From Haliotis cracherodii (taxonomy: Eukaryota), in NCBI RefSeq assembly GCF_022045235.1, contig NW_027266269.1, positions 310,001-374,000 on the forward strand: 64,000 nucleotides of DNA. Reading direction: 5' to 3'. Positions 40,385 through 54,000 of this stretch are shown one piece after another. Every line of letters begins with the position of its first letter. Position 1 is the stretch's first letter. The notes under the pieces are model-generated. The model saw only the letters and a program-made list of their open reading frames with translations, did no database searches and was not told the DNA's origin. A program made the position numbers and the translations under genes.

Positions 40385-41450
40385 CTAGAGAACTGTCACT
40401 GGCTCCATGTCACGTGTCTTCCCCATACTGCTTCTGCTGTGTCCTTATTAACTTCTACTGGAAGACTGTCACTGGCCCCATGTCACGTGTCGTCCCCGTA
40501 TTGCTTCTGCTGTGTCCTTATTAACTTCTACTGGAAGACTGTCACTGGCCCCATGTCAGTGTCGTCCCCATATTGCTTCTGCTGTGTCCTTCTACAGGAA
40601 GACTGTCACGTGGCTCCATGTAACGTGTCTTGTGTACACTGTAGTCTACACTATAGTCCTTGTTCTGTGTCCTCATCCACCTGTACAGGGAGAGCCGTTC
40701 TTATGGTCTGGTGGTTATAGCGTCTGCCCGGAGATTGACCGCCGACGTCATACCAAAATACGTTGGAAAAGATGGCACTTGCAGTTTCCTTTGCCAACGC
40801 TGGGCATGCAGGGGCTACGACAAAGACTACTTCGGTATGGTCTATTACAAACATCGTCAAGCAAGGACACTCACAAATTTGCTTTCCCATCGCGAAATAA
40901 CTGCAATAACCTTGAACGCGTTGTCAAACCCGTTTCCATCTCACCACACCTCACGTTGACATGAAGGCTATCATTGCTCCCATGTCACTTTCGTCTACAT
41001 CACAGTGTCTACTCTGTGTCCCTATCAACATTTACAGAAAGACGATCACTGGCCCCATGTCACTCTCGTCTAAACTACAGTGTCTGCTCTGTGTCCCTGT
41101 CAACGTCTACAGGAAGACGATCACTGGCCCCATGTCACTCTTGTCTACATCACAATGTCTAAGCTGTGTCCCTGTAAAGATCTACAGGAAGACCATCACT
41201 GGATCCATGTCATTCTTTTCGCAACAGTGTCTACTCTGTGTCCCTGTCAACATCTACAGGAAGACGATCACTGCCACATGTCACTCTCTACGCCACAGTG
41301 TATACTCTGTGTCCCTGTCAACATCTACAGGAAGACAATCACTGGCTCCATGTCATTCTCTACACCACAGTCTCTACTCTGTGTCCCTGTCAACATCTAC
41401 AGGAAGACGATCACTGGCCCCATGTCACTCTCGTCTACGTCACAGTATGT
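40385..41450. repeat. 71-75-bp tandem repeat derived from the gene D C-terminus and stop, interrupted by a SINE
   Basis: catgtca recurs at 40981, 41056, 41131, 41206, 41277, 41349 and 41421; older copies at 40385-40680. Confidence 0.9.
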
Positions 41451-43190
41451 ATGCTGTGATCTTATAAACATCGATGCTAGCCTCTCTCTGGTCGGTTCAT
41501 CTCAGTATTCAACTGCCTCCTCGCCTGGACTCTCTCTACAAATTACCCCAAACGCCACATATATTGTTGTCTAATGACAAGTTGATACTATGTACACTTA
41601 TATGGATGAACAGTTTAAATAACTTCCTATATTATTGAATGATTACACTTAGTCAAGTTGAATGAATGAATGAATGAATGAATGAATGAATGAATGAATG
41701 AATGAATGAATGAAACTTTACCGCTGTGAGGTCATAATTCGGCAATAGCAGACGCAAACTTTGATCAGGATGCAGAACATAAAGAGACACAACACTGTCA
41801 ACAGCCCCATGTTGATGGACTGATGGAGATCCCACTCACCACTCTTCTCTTCATCTACATACATACACACAAAACATCAACTACAGCTGCTGAAAGTGTT
41901 ACGTTAGGGGGGAGACGTTATCAGTGGTTCATACGTTCAAGTCTAACCTGTTCAAGTACAACATAGATGGGTGATTCCAGTCCGTGCATATATCAACACA
42001 GAACAGGGAATGGACAGCAGAAGCCTTGCGCCTACAACTAAGTTTGGCATGTGGATAATCCATTGGTTATGCGGGATCTCCCCTCTATATATATTAATAT
42101 AAAGAGAATATATTCACCTTGTAACCATGTGTCAATGTCACATTCAGCTAAAGTACAGTTGGCTCTACAGGAAGGTTCACATCCAAGTTTGGTCCTGTTA
42201 CAACCTCTGAAGCACATCCCTGTCATCTGATCACAGTCTCCATCAATACACACACCACATGTCCTGTTGCAGTGTTCACCATAGAATCCTGGATTACATC
42301 GTTTATCAAAGGGTTCGTTCTTAGGGTGCCAGGTCTTATTGAGACATTTGTCAGAACAATGTTTGCAGTCTCTGTCTATATGTCCAGGTACACAACCACC
42401 TTCACAACCTCTGGTAGTGTTCGTCTCCTGTTCACAGTTCGGACCAGGAAGTGAAGGATGACACTCCGTGCATGTTCCTGTTATTCTGTTGCATGTCTTA
42501 CACCCTCTGTGACATGTCTTGCAGCCAGACCCATAGTAGGAGTCCACACATCCAGACATACAGGAGGACCCCAGCTGACAATATCCTCCATCACAACCAC
42601 CTGGACATTCTGTACAAACACCTCCTGGGTTGTAACATGGGCTGCTACACCCCGGGCCTTGGTATCTCGGGACACAACCCTCAGTGCAATTATCAGTGCC
42701 ATTTATTGAAAGTGTGCATTTCTCGTTTCGACAATTTTCGTTGCAAATAGAACTACACTTCTGATCATAATATCCAGGATCACACTTAGAGATGCAATGC
42801 CCTGTGGTGCTGTCACAGTCTGAACAGTGTTGGTGACCTTTACATTTGGCAGCTGAAAATGATGGTAAAAATGTATATTACTAAAACGTTTTTCTGCAAA
42901 AAGCCCAAACTATAAGCATACAATGTGTGGATTTAATATGTTAAATAATTAAAACTGGCCCTTGCGATTGGCGATATGACTTCCTCAGTTTTATTACGAC
43001 AGCCGATCATGATACAAGGAGGAGTGATGTTATCTATAGAACAGCGCATGTTACAGATATAAATGAATTACATGTCAGAAATCGAGAAACTTGAAATAAT
43101 ATAATCTATCATATTGGAAATATGCATAATGTCTTCACCACGGGTGTACACCATTATGCACGCTACGCTCAGAATTGTCATCGGTGCCAT
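41397..43190 (-). CDS. Gene D: EGF-like type-I membrane receptor with long ectodomain; in-frame TGA in the tail exon (truncated allele or pseudogenising)
   Basis: 43190-43139: signal MAPMTILSVACIMVYTR. 42852-42118: EGF, 735 nt open. 41854-41722: TM GLLTVLCLFMFCILIKVCVCYC. 41535-41397: tail ESPGEEAVEY*DEPT...YCDVDESDMGPVIVFL*, with TGA at 41504-41502. Confidence 0.78.
41659..41713. repeat. (GAAT)n microsatellite next to the gene D TM-exon donor
   Basis: Directly visible. Confidence 0.95.
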
Positions 43191-44769
43191 ATCACCTAAA
43201 ACAAAACGTATACAATAAATATAAGATACATATAGATGTTTGGTGAGACGTGCGTGTGACAGTTCTGCCACAAATCACAGAATGTTGATATATATCTAAG
43301 CTTGTTCCATTACCATTATTTTTATAACAAAAACAACACAAAATGATCACTTGGTTAGAAACACACGTTGGTGCAATGAGTATAGCAGTATACTTGATGT
43401 TAGTGGCCGAGCTCCACCTCCCCAGGATCTCAGTGTACAACGTCTGGTTGTGTCTTGCGTCTGTGAAGCTTGGAAGTGAGGATGTTATAACTTCCTTCAT
43501 TGAAAACACACAAGCTATATGGGTTTGTGGAGGAAATTATTTTTTCCACAACAGGCGACATTGTGTTTCAAACCACTTGCTTGGTCAATGAGAGGAGATT
43601 ACCTTTTATGGACCAGAGGTTTTAAACGTAGATTCAAAGCCAATCGTTGGTCGTGAACATATATGTAGCCACACAAATCCCGTGTAACATTGTGTTTGTA
43701 ATGTAACATAATGTTCAACAGTTCTCTTTTGTAAATGTTCGCCCTTGCAAAATACGAGTTCGTTTACAGTCAAGCATTTTGGTGAGGTTACTATGCACTT
43801 ATAGTTCGGTGTCAGTATATGACATAGCACAGTTTCTCTCCAGGTAACAGTGTTTTAGAAGCACAGCCCTGCTTGACGGATCGACAGTGTACTGTATTGG
43901 TCAGGCAAAAATTGTCCTTGCATTTGGACCCGTTGTGCCATAGTAAATACGAATAGTTTCACGCAGAAAACACGGAAATTAAAATCGATGTGTCATTATG
44001 TAGTATCATTTGAATGTAGACACAAATACAACGTTGGCTGTATGGGACATGCAATAATTAAAGTAAACATAGACTCCCACGTGTTATAGATTTTAGCTTA
44101 CAACTGATGCAAACATACATACATATCATCACATATACTATACCTGACGCTGGACATTAAAGTGATAAAACAAAGTCTAGTCATCTCAGAGTTAGTACGG
44201 TGTGTCCAGGTAGTATATTCATGTTGAACTGCGCCAATGGACAAGCTCTTTCAAACCAGCAGTAGGCTGGACTAGTACAAGCAGCCACACACACACACAC
44301 ACACACAAATTTAAGCCTTGTTATGTTTACTGTTTGTCGGCACTGTACGCGTAGTGGCTGCTTACATCAAAATACTGTGTGGGTTGTTCTTGTTGCAAAA
44401 TAGCCGGTTATAAGTCGTTATTTAAAAAAAAAATAAAACAAAAGAAACTTATTTTAGTAACTATTGTTGTTGATAACTATAAAATGAATTACAGGAATAG
44501 AACACGTATCTATTATATCACGATAAAAAAAGGCTGTTATCAACAACATGATTTGCCATTTCATCTTACCAACCGATATGACAAACATATTATGGCTCAT
44601 TTCGAAAGCGAAACATATTTTTTTCAGCTCGTTAAACTGAACATAATCATTGTATAACGCATTGAGACTGATCACAAGGAAATGTTTTCCTTCTGAAACC
44701 ACAAACATCCCATCGACTGTGACCCTGGCTTGTGTACAACTCATTCATGTATTGTTACCTTCGACTCGG

Positions 44770-45715
44770 GGTATGGATGGCGTGTTTGTCCGTGATATTT
44801 TCAGGAGTCCATGTCCTGCTCCCTGTAAGATGATGTAGTATATCCTACTCTGTTTCATGGTGTATTGGACACTACGTCTTGGTGTATGCATGACGTGTTT
44901 GTCTGTGAAATCTCCTGGGGTCCATGTCCTGCTCCCTGTATCATGGTGTATTGTACACTACATCTCGGTTTATGCGTGACGTGTTTGTCTGTGATATCTC
45001 CTGGAGTCAATGTCCTCCTCCCTGTATCATGGTGTATTGTACACTACGTCTTGGTGTATGCATATAGTGTTTGTCTGTGATATCTCCTGGAGTCCATGTC
45101 CTCCTCCCTGTATCATGGTGTATTGTACACTACGTCTTGGTGTATGCATATAGTGTTTGTCTGTGATATCTCCTGGAGTCCATGTCCTCCTCCCTGTATC
45201 ATAGTGTATTGTACACTACGTCTCGGTGTATGCATATAGTGTTTGTCTGTGATATCTCCTGGAGTCCATGTCCTGCTCCCTGTATCATGGTGTATTGTAC
45301 ACTACGTCTCGGTGTATGCATGGCGTGTTTGTCTGTGATATCTCCTGGAGTCCATGTCCTGCTCCCTGTATCATGGTGTATTGTACACTACGTCTCGTTG
45401 TATGCATGGCGTGTTTGTCTGTGATATCTCCTGGAGTCCATGTCCTGCTTCCTGTATCATGGTGTATTGTACACTACGTCTCGTTGTATGCATGGCGTGT
45501 TTGTCTGTGATATCTCCTGGAGTCCATGTCCTGCTTCCTGTATCATGGTGTATTGTACACTACGTCTCGTTGTATGCATGGCGTGTTTGTCTGTGATATC
45601 TCCTGGAGTCTATGTCCTGGTTCCTGTATCATGGTGTATTGTACACTACATCTCGGTGTATGCATGGCGTGTTTGTCTATGATATCTCCAGGAGTCCATG
45701 TCTTGCTCCCTGTAA
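44770..45715. repeat. 86-bp minisatellite, about 11 copies; degenerate relatives at 46315-46645
   Basis: 86-bp period, matching ORF offsets 45182, 45268, 45354. Confidence 0.95.
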
Positions 45716-48472
45716 GACGACGTAGTCATGAGTCTATTGACATTTCAGGGTCGGCCGAATGAGGAAACACAAAACACTTGCCTTCGTTTCAGCTCGTCCA
45801 GACCTCCAATTAAAAATTATATTCATGTAAGCAATTGCAATTCTTTCACCAGGCGAACCTTAAAGGTATATGTTAATACAAGCGGAAATTCCCAGTGGAA
45901 ATACACGTCCATGAGCTCACCAGGATATAGTTCTACCACGACCCACTAGTCAATGCTGTTCTTCAGGTTGACTGTGCATGGCTGTATGGTAACACTGAAA
46001 ATATAGATGAAATCACATTTGTCGTTTTACCCAGGAAAGTAGGATTTGTTGAATTCCCCACATAGGATCTATGGTGGTTGAAGATTACATCTAACGGTAT
46101 GAATCAAAATAATCAGCAGGGGCACACACGTCCATGTGATTCAGCATATCTACTATTTCCATATTAGTTAAGGGCCTTTAAGTCACTCTTAACGATTATA
46201 TGATGCTTGTTTGAACAAGCTTGCCCATTGAGTTAATGACCACTCTTTGTAGAACCCTTTCACTATTCTTCTCCTCACCTCGCACTGATATCCAAGCCGT
46301 TTACATAAGCCAAAGTCCTACTCTGTTTCATGATGTATTGTAAACTACGTATCAGGGTATGGATGGCGTGTTTTTTTTTGTCTGTGATATCTACAGGAGC
46401 CGGTATCCTACTCTGCTTTATGGTGTATTGTAAACTGCGTCTCAGGGTATGGATGGCGTGTATGTCTATGATACCTGCAGAAGCCAGTATCCTACTCTAG
46501 TGATGGTGTATTGTACGCTACGTCTCGGGATATGGATGGTGTGTTTGTCTGTAATATTTACAGAAGCCAGTATCCAACTCTAGTGATGGCGTATTGTACG
46601 CTACGTCTCGGGGTATGGATGGCGTGTTTGTCTGTGATACCTGAAGAAGACTGTAGTGCTAGACCATTGAGACACAATGCTAAGGACTGACGCGTTAGTC
46701 GTAATTAACATAACCCTCATTATAACTCATCGACATTGCCATCAACATTGCTAATTAGATATTGTTTTTTATATGCTACAGAAAAAAGGTCTTAGCAAAC
46801 TAACTATACAAACATTATCATGTTATTGCTGCCGTGTGCGCCCTGGGTATATCATAATGCAGAGTTGGTCAAACATGACATTAAAACAAATCACTTACCT
46901 TTTATTTAACCAGGGAACTAAACATAATACTCTATGTTTAACATGAACGATTTACTAGGAACAAAACAGTACCCTCTTGGGTATGCGGATACATTTAACA
47001 AGAAGATCAAACTTGTTCAAAGAGCAATGCGACTCTGGTCATCTAACACCTCTCACCGCTTCACACATTGTACCCATGTTTGGGAATCGAACCCGTGTCT
47101 TCTGCGCGACGAGAAAACGCTTTAAGCACTCGGCTACTTGACCGCCCCGAGTGACGAGTGGACGGCATAGACGTAGATCCAACTATGATGACGTGAAGCG
47201 CAAGAGGAAATGTATTCAAGTTTCCAATTATTTATTGCTGATTGTAAAGTATACACAAACTGTTGTAACCAAGACATAAACAAGATGATAACATTCTGGT
47301 CCCTGCTCTGGCATATTGTAATCCATAACATACAGCATGTGGCAAAACTGTAATGAAATATGGACTTTACAACATCTGCTGTGAAAGTATGTGGCATATG
47401 GCAAACTGTTTAGCGTTGGCTCTGTTACCTTGTTATGCACACAATCAGGGTTAGTTACCCTCAACAGTTATCTCACACCCTAGAGGAAGTATTGAATTTA
47501 TTACAAATATAAATGCAAAATTGTAACACAGTAAGGTAAAGTTAATGTTAGAAAACAACCGATCCTTGCTCGATGCTGACTCCTCATAGATCTAGAAGAA
47601 TGGATTTAAGAAATGTGTATGTGCTGGCTCAGATACTGTTATTGAGGTTAATCACTAATACAATTCCATGTTGAGTGTTTATGTTCCATGGTCAACTATA
47701 AACAGTGAAAGTCGGGAAATATGTTGACACTCCTTTCACCGGCTACACCTTAAATACAAATGCAAACAGTTTCACATTTTCAAATGACAGTATCCAATAC
47801 ATTTTGAACAGGGAACTAAAATTATATGCCAGTGAGTCTTCAAAACAGTAGGTCTAAAACATTAAACCATGCAATTCACATCAAATGTATCCAAAAAAGA
47901 GTTTTGTTATGGCATTTTTTGTGCCAATCATTCAAATTAGGACTACTTGATTCAAGCACAGACAGTACTTCTCAGAAGGAAGTGTTCTGATATATTTGCT
48001 TCTGGGATACACCATCAACACAACAAACAGAAACAGTTTCACATGTGCAAATGACAGTATTCAACATATTATGAACAAGGAAAGAAATATACATGCTTGT
48101 GAGTCTTCAAAACAGTAGGTCTAAGAAATTCAACCACTCAATTCAAATCAAAAGACTTGTTATAGCATTTTTTTGGTAAAACTCTTTCAAACTATAAATA
48201 AATCAAATGTAAGGTTCAGATTGAATACACGATTATACATGATGTTAGAAATGTAATACTCCTTCATGTCACAAAGTCATCACATAAAGGTGGTTTACAC
48301 TGCATAGCTAACTATACAATTAAAAGTGTCACTAGTTCTAAGTTGGTAAGCATGAGTAGCACACATAGTGAAAGGATAAATACATATGTACAGTGGTAAC
48401 AAATAAAAAAACGTTGTAGCATATACAGCATTTAACAAAGTAAGTATAAACTATAGTATAAATTAAGTACAG

Positions 48473-48625
48473 TGAGTGAGTGAGTTGGGTTTAACGCCGT
48501 GTTTAACAATATTCCCGTTATATCACGACGTGTCAGCTTAATGTGGGAGGAAAGCCCGAAGTGATGCAGGTCTTCTACGTGAAATCCACGGGCACGTGTA
48601 CGGTGCTGACAAACCTAGAAACATA
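48473..48625 (-). mobile_element. SINE family A, partial
   Basis: Matches the 3' half of the family A consensus. Confidence 0.75.
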
Positions 48626-50542
48626 AGGCATTTATCTGGGATACATCAAATGGGTAGAGTGATGTACAAGTAATTGTAAAAAAACCTCATGTATCACAAA
48701 GGAACTAAATCAAGGTTATTTACTCCTCATAGCTTACTATCCAATTACAAGTATAATTTAATATGCTGTCGGAGGCATTAGAAGAACGTATTATGAAATA
48801 TTTAACACAATTTCCAAAATAGCATCTGGTGACAGTTCAATAACATCACAGTATATACAGTTTGTAACAAAATCACATAAAATAAATAAATACGCTCTAC
48901 TTATTACTATTGTTGTTTATCAGGAAAAATGGGTTTTATTTGCATGTTCTGGTTCAGTTAATAACATTTTCTTTTTTTCTTTTTTTTTTTTTACATACAA
49001 AAGGGACGAGGTTGAGTAGCTATGTTTCATCATCAAATCTCAACAGGAGAAGTCGGTAAACATGCTGATTCTCCATTCTGTTTTAAACACAAGCTACACC
49101 AACAATACAACAAATACAAACAGTTCACGGTTAAAATGAGATAATGTATTCCACATACTTTATATATGTATATAAAATGCATATGATATGAAGTCTTGAA
49201 AGCTGTAGAACTAAGTCATTAAAACATGCTATTCACAACAACAAAATGGATCCGATAAAAATACCTGTAATGAGTTTTCTATGAAAATCAGTAACGGTAT
49301 GAATACTGAATTCAAGGACAGAATATATACTTCAGAGGAAAGTGCTTTGATAATTGGATACATCAAGTGTGTAGAATGACGGGCAATTAATTGTAACGAA
49401 TAATCTGTGTCAAAAAAAGGAACTAAATCTAGGTTATTTACACTGCAAAGCTAATTATTCAATTAATCGTATCATTAAGTGTGTTTGGGGACGCAATACA
49501 ATAAAATATACAATGAAATAATGAATGCAATTTTCAGATAGCATCTGGTAGCAGTTCAATAACATTGCAATATATACAGGCTGTGGCAAAATCACATGAA
49601 ATAAATAAAGACTGGTCTCTGCATTTCCCTACTTATTAAATATGATAAACTGTACAAATCTCAAACATAGCAAAGTATTTAGTAAGTAAATGCATGTCGC
49701 CTTGGTTTGCGCTAGAGTTAGTTACCCTGCACACTTATCTAACATAGTAAGATAAGAACATGATTTAATTACAAAGAATACCTAAAATACCGTAACACAA
49801 TATGGTAAAGATAATGTGTTTGTAACACCCGACTCCTTGCTCGATGTTGAATGCTTATATACGAAACAGAGCAGCTTTCTAGTATTTGTGTTTGATTTTG
49901 TTAAAGACATTGGAGTTGATAAATAATACCATTTCCTGTAATATGTTCAACAAACTTAAAACAATGAACAAATGGGACGAGATTGAGTCGTCATTTATCT
50001 ATGACCAAATCTAAATGTGGAAAGTCGATAATATTTTGAATCATTTAGATTAAAAAAAGAGCACCACCACCAAGGAGGGAAACTGATGATAAAGCAATCT
50101 AGAAATAAAATAGAACGTAATAAAACCTGCAAATCTTAAACTGTCAATTAATTGCAAGAAAGCTGTCCTTTTTATGCACAGAAACAGGGTCAGTTACCAT
50201 GTGAGGCAATCTAAACCCCAGGAGAAGCAGAGTGATTTATGACAACATTGACATGATATTGTCATTGCCAAAACATGTATAGAAATCAAATCTTATATAC
50301 AAAGTCAGTACACGATTACACATTACACTTTTCACGGCTTGGTATTAATATTTGATTCTAGCACAGAAGCTATTTTTTTCAGAATAACGGAATCTGATAA
50401 CCCTGCTTCTGATATACACCACATGGCTGTGTGGAGTGCTTGACAATTAACGGATCACCTTTAGAATACAGTACTACAACTTCTCGTGAGGACGATCGCT
50501 GCCGTAGGTCACATGTCTCAAGACAAGCAACCAGTTTTAGTG

Positions 50543-50612
50543 AGAATCCGTCGGACGCGAACCTGCGACCTTCGGATTATTAGCCTGACAGCTAACCGAC
50601 TGAGCTACGTCC
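50543..50612 (-). pseudogene. tRNA-Ile(AAT)-like pseudogene or SINE head
   Basis: GGACGTAGCTCAGTCGGTTAG..CTAATAA..AAGGTCGCAGGTTCG; mismatched stems argue against a functional tRNA. Confidence 0.55.
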
Positions 50613-51004
50613 ACAATGTTTAATTTAGTGCAAATTTACCTAGTCATTCCTATGACGTTACGGAACTGAACGAAAAGGGTCGAATAGGTGACGGACACTT
50701 ACGAAGGTTCCGGGTAGGCATGGTATCTCGTGACTTTAGTCTACAGACACTTACGAATGATCCCGATGCTATTTGATTAATTTGTCCCAGCTCGGCTGAT
50801 ACATCTGATACATTAATATTACGTTATGCACCTAAACACTCGTCGTCACACTTTCACGCTCACAATTCATTGATGTGGTTCCCAGTTCAACTGCCTCTGC
50901 AAGTACCAGGTCACATGATATGTTTGAATGATGTACTGACCAGGACAGTTGTCCCTCCCCAGTGAGTTCAAAGTGCATCTTTGTTTCATCAACCACATCA
51001 TATC

Positions 51005-54000
51005 CTAGACACGTGCATCTGACCTCAGCTCCACATAGCCGGCTCCAGAGGCCTGCCGTCCCTCATCAGTGAGTGCATCATACATCTTTGCTTCATCAAC
51101 CACATCATATTCCAGAGCACCAATGGCATCTTGTGACACATGTATGTCCTGGGTAGGCGTGATGTACTCCTGGGACCTGCAAGTTCAATGCTTGGTCTGA
51201 CTACCCATGTATTCTTGAAAATAATGACATGATTTCCTAACAATTGTAACTATTGTTGTTCTAGTAAGTACACTGATGGATGAACTATTTAGATAAATTA
51301 TCTTAAGGTGAATACTAAAAATATGAATGTTTATTTGTTTGTTTGTTTGTTTAACGCTGCACTCAGCAATATTCCAGCTACATGATGATGGTGTGTAAAA
51401 TTCGAGTCTCTACCAGACAAACCAGTGTTTGATATCATAAGCATCTATCTACGCAATTGGGATACGATGAAAGATAGTTAATATCAGTAAGGATATGCTT
51501 TTACACAAAACTCAGACAGTATGGCTATATCTGACCTGAGCTCCACATAGCCGGCTCCTGAGGCCTGCCGTCCCTCATCAGTGAGTGCATCATACATCTT
51601 TGCTTCATCAACGACATCATATACTGGAGCACCAATGGCCTCTGGTGACACATGCATGTCCTGGGTAGGTGTGATGTATTCCTGGGACCTACAAGTTGAA
51701 TGCTTGGTCTGAATACTCACGCCTTCTTGATTGTACTGACACAGTATGTCATTAATGTGAGTGTATGTGTGCGTGTGGTTGAGTTTGCGAGTGTGTTTGC
51801 GAGTGTGCTTGTTGTTAGCGTGTGTGTATGGTGTTGTTGTTTGTGTATGAGTGCGTGTGGTTGAGTTTGCGAGTGTGTTTGAGTGTGCTTGTTGTTAGCG
51901 TGTGTGTGTGGTGTTGTTGTTTGTGTATGTGTGCGTGTGGTTGTGTTTGCGAGTGTGTCGGGTAGTGTCTTTGTGGGGGGTGCGTTGCGTGCGTGTGTGT
52001 TTGTGTTAATCAGTGCGTGGGTGTGTGTGTTGTCGATGTGTGTGTATGTGCGCGTGTGGTTATGTTTGCGAGTGTTAATGAGGGTGTATGTTGTTGTCGT
52101 GTGTGTGTGTGTGTATATTTGTTTGCGTTGGGGTGTGTTGGGATGTATCTTGTTGTGTGCGTGTATGTGTGTTTTTGTGTTTGGTATATGTTGTATGTGT
52201 TTGCATTTGCATANNNNNNNNNNNNNNNNNNNNNNNNNNNNNNNNNNNNNNNNNNNNNNNNNNNNNNNNNNNNNNNNNNNNNNNNNNNNNNNNNNNNNNN
52301 NNNNNNNNNNNNNNNNNNNNNNNNNNNNNNNNNNNNNNNNNNNNNNNNNNNNNNNNNNNNNNNNNNNNNGTGTGTGTTTGTGTTAATAAGTGCGTTTGTT
52401 TGTGTTGTCTATATGTCGATATGTGTGTTTGTGTTAATGAGTATATTTGTGTATAATGTCATACTTTAAAGTTTACATTGTTTCATTCATGATGATTGGC
52501 TGAAGAGGTAGTCACATGATCTCAAAAGTCCACACGATCTGCGTCATACCAAAAGACGTTAACATATGGTACTTGTTGTTACCATGTCTGGCGCTCGGCG
52601 ATAAGGGGCAGAAACAAGGACTGGTGGGCTAGGAGTCAGTATACTGTGTCTGAGCGGGTTATCCATGTTAAACTGCAGCATGGTATATCAGTGAGCTAGC
52701 ACTATAAATCGGCATCAGTCTGGACTAGTACAAGCAGCCACACACATACATACACGTGCATGCACGTCGCTATATAAGTGCAATCATCTTGGACGCGACA
52801 TTAAACCCCATTTCACCTCACCTCATTGAAGTGTGAAAGATTAAAAAAGTGCTGGTTACACTCGCAGGCTCGGGGTTCACACAGTTTTACCAGCGCTTTT
52901 AATCGTTCACACTTCAATGAACCTATCCAAACTGACGTTCAATTCTTAGGTATACTGTTGTGTCTGCAAATTTGTCTGTGTGCGTATATTTTTTATGTGT
53001 GTATGTTGCTATGTGTGGAAATCATTTCATCACATAGAAACATTCATTGTGGTATCAATGGTATGTATGATTGTACATACAACATACTACAAACAATAGA
53101 ACAGTGAAGGTTACCATAACACGGCAACACACCTACCTTTGTTTGGGGAAACGCTTGCAGTAGCAGAGGCAGAGTGTCAGCAAGATGCCCGACACAGGGA
53201 GTAGCAGTGATGGCAACACACCCATCTCTGTTTAGGGAAACGCTTGCAGTAACAGAGACAGAGTGTCAGCAAGATGCCCGACACAGGAAGTAGCAGTGAT
53301 GCCAACACACCCACCTTTGTTTGGGGAAACGCATGCAGTAACAGAGACAGAAAGTCAGCAAGATGCCCGACACAGGGAGTAGCAGTGATGCCAACAGCCA
53401 AGTCAGCACACTGCCTGTCTTCTGATCGTCATTTCCATCTGACAAAGAGACGAGCGACTAAATATTTAAACATGTTTAATGAACTAGTCATTTGTGTAAC
53501 TCTTGTTCCATGTCCATGAGCAAATAAATAGCGAATACATCAGGTTCATGTTTGGAACGAGCATGGTCATAAAGCTTCAGGAACAAGTGTACATTTTATA
53601 ATAGTAAGGTACATTACACATGTGCGTGGCATGCATGTTGATAATGTGTCTGTGTGGTGTGTTTGTTTAACGTCGCACTAAGCAATGCTCCCGTTGTTAA
53701 ACGACGGCCTGTACGCAATCGAGTCTGGGCTAAGCAACCCAGTGATGTATTATGTGCACTTTTCTATGTACCATGAAAGACTGGCTTCTGACCCTGCCCA
53801 CCCTATCCATCCAGGCGTCTTTACTTCCAGCATACGTTGCTGGGGACACATGAATGTTGATGTACTGTATTGAGGAAGTAATTGGGTTAAGCAGTTTTAC
53901 AAGTGTGACATTAGAAACTGAGGATTTAGCCTTTTGAACAAATTCATTTATACAGTCATCTATCCAGCAGGTGTCTGTATAAGGGGAATGTACACCTACG

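Noticed and set aside
44144-44184. MTRLCFITLMSSV as the gene D signal exon
   Set aside because: It ends in phase 2, incompatible with the phase-1 EGF exon. The 52-nt exon at 43190-43139 fits; this one is at most a 5'UTR exon with a uORF.
47390-50250. AT-rich region with old internal duplications
   Set aside because: Degenerate repeats (e.g. 48640-48890 vs 49340-49610) with no coding or structural signal I could support.
51689-51735. Acceptor at 51735 for the gene E tail
   Set aside because: It gives an immediate stop (STIKKA*) in phase 2, whereas the acceptor at 51688 is in phase and conserved in the second copy.
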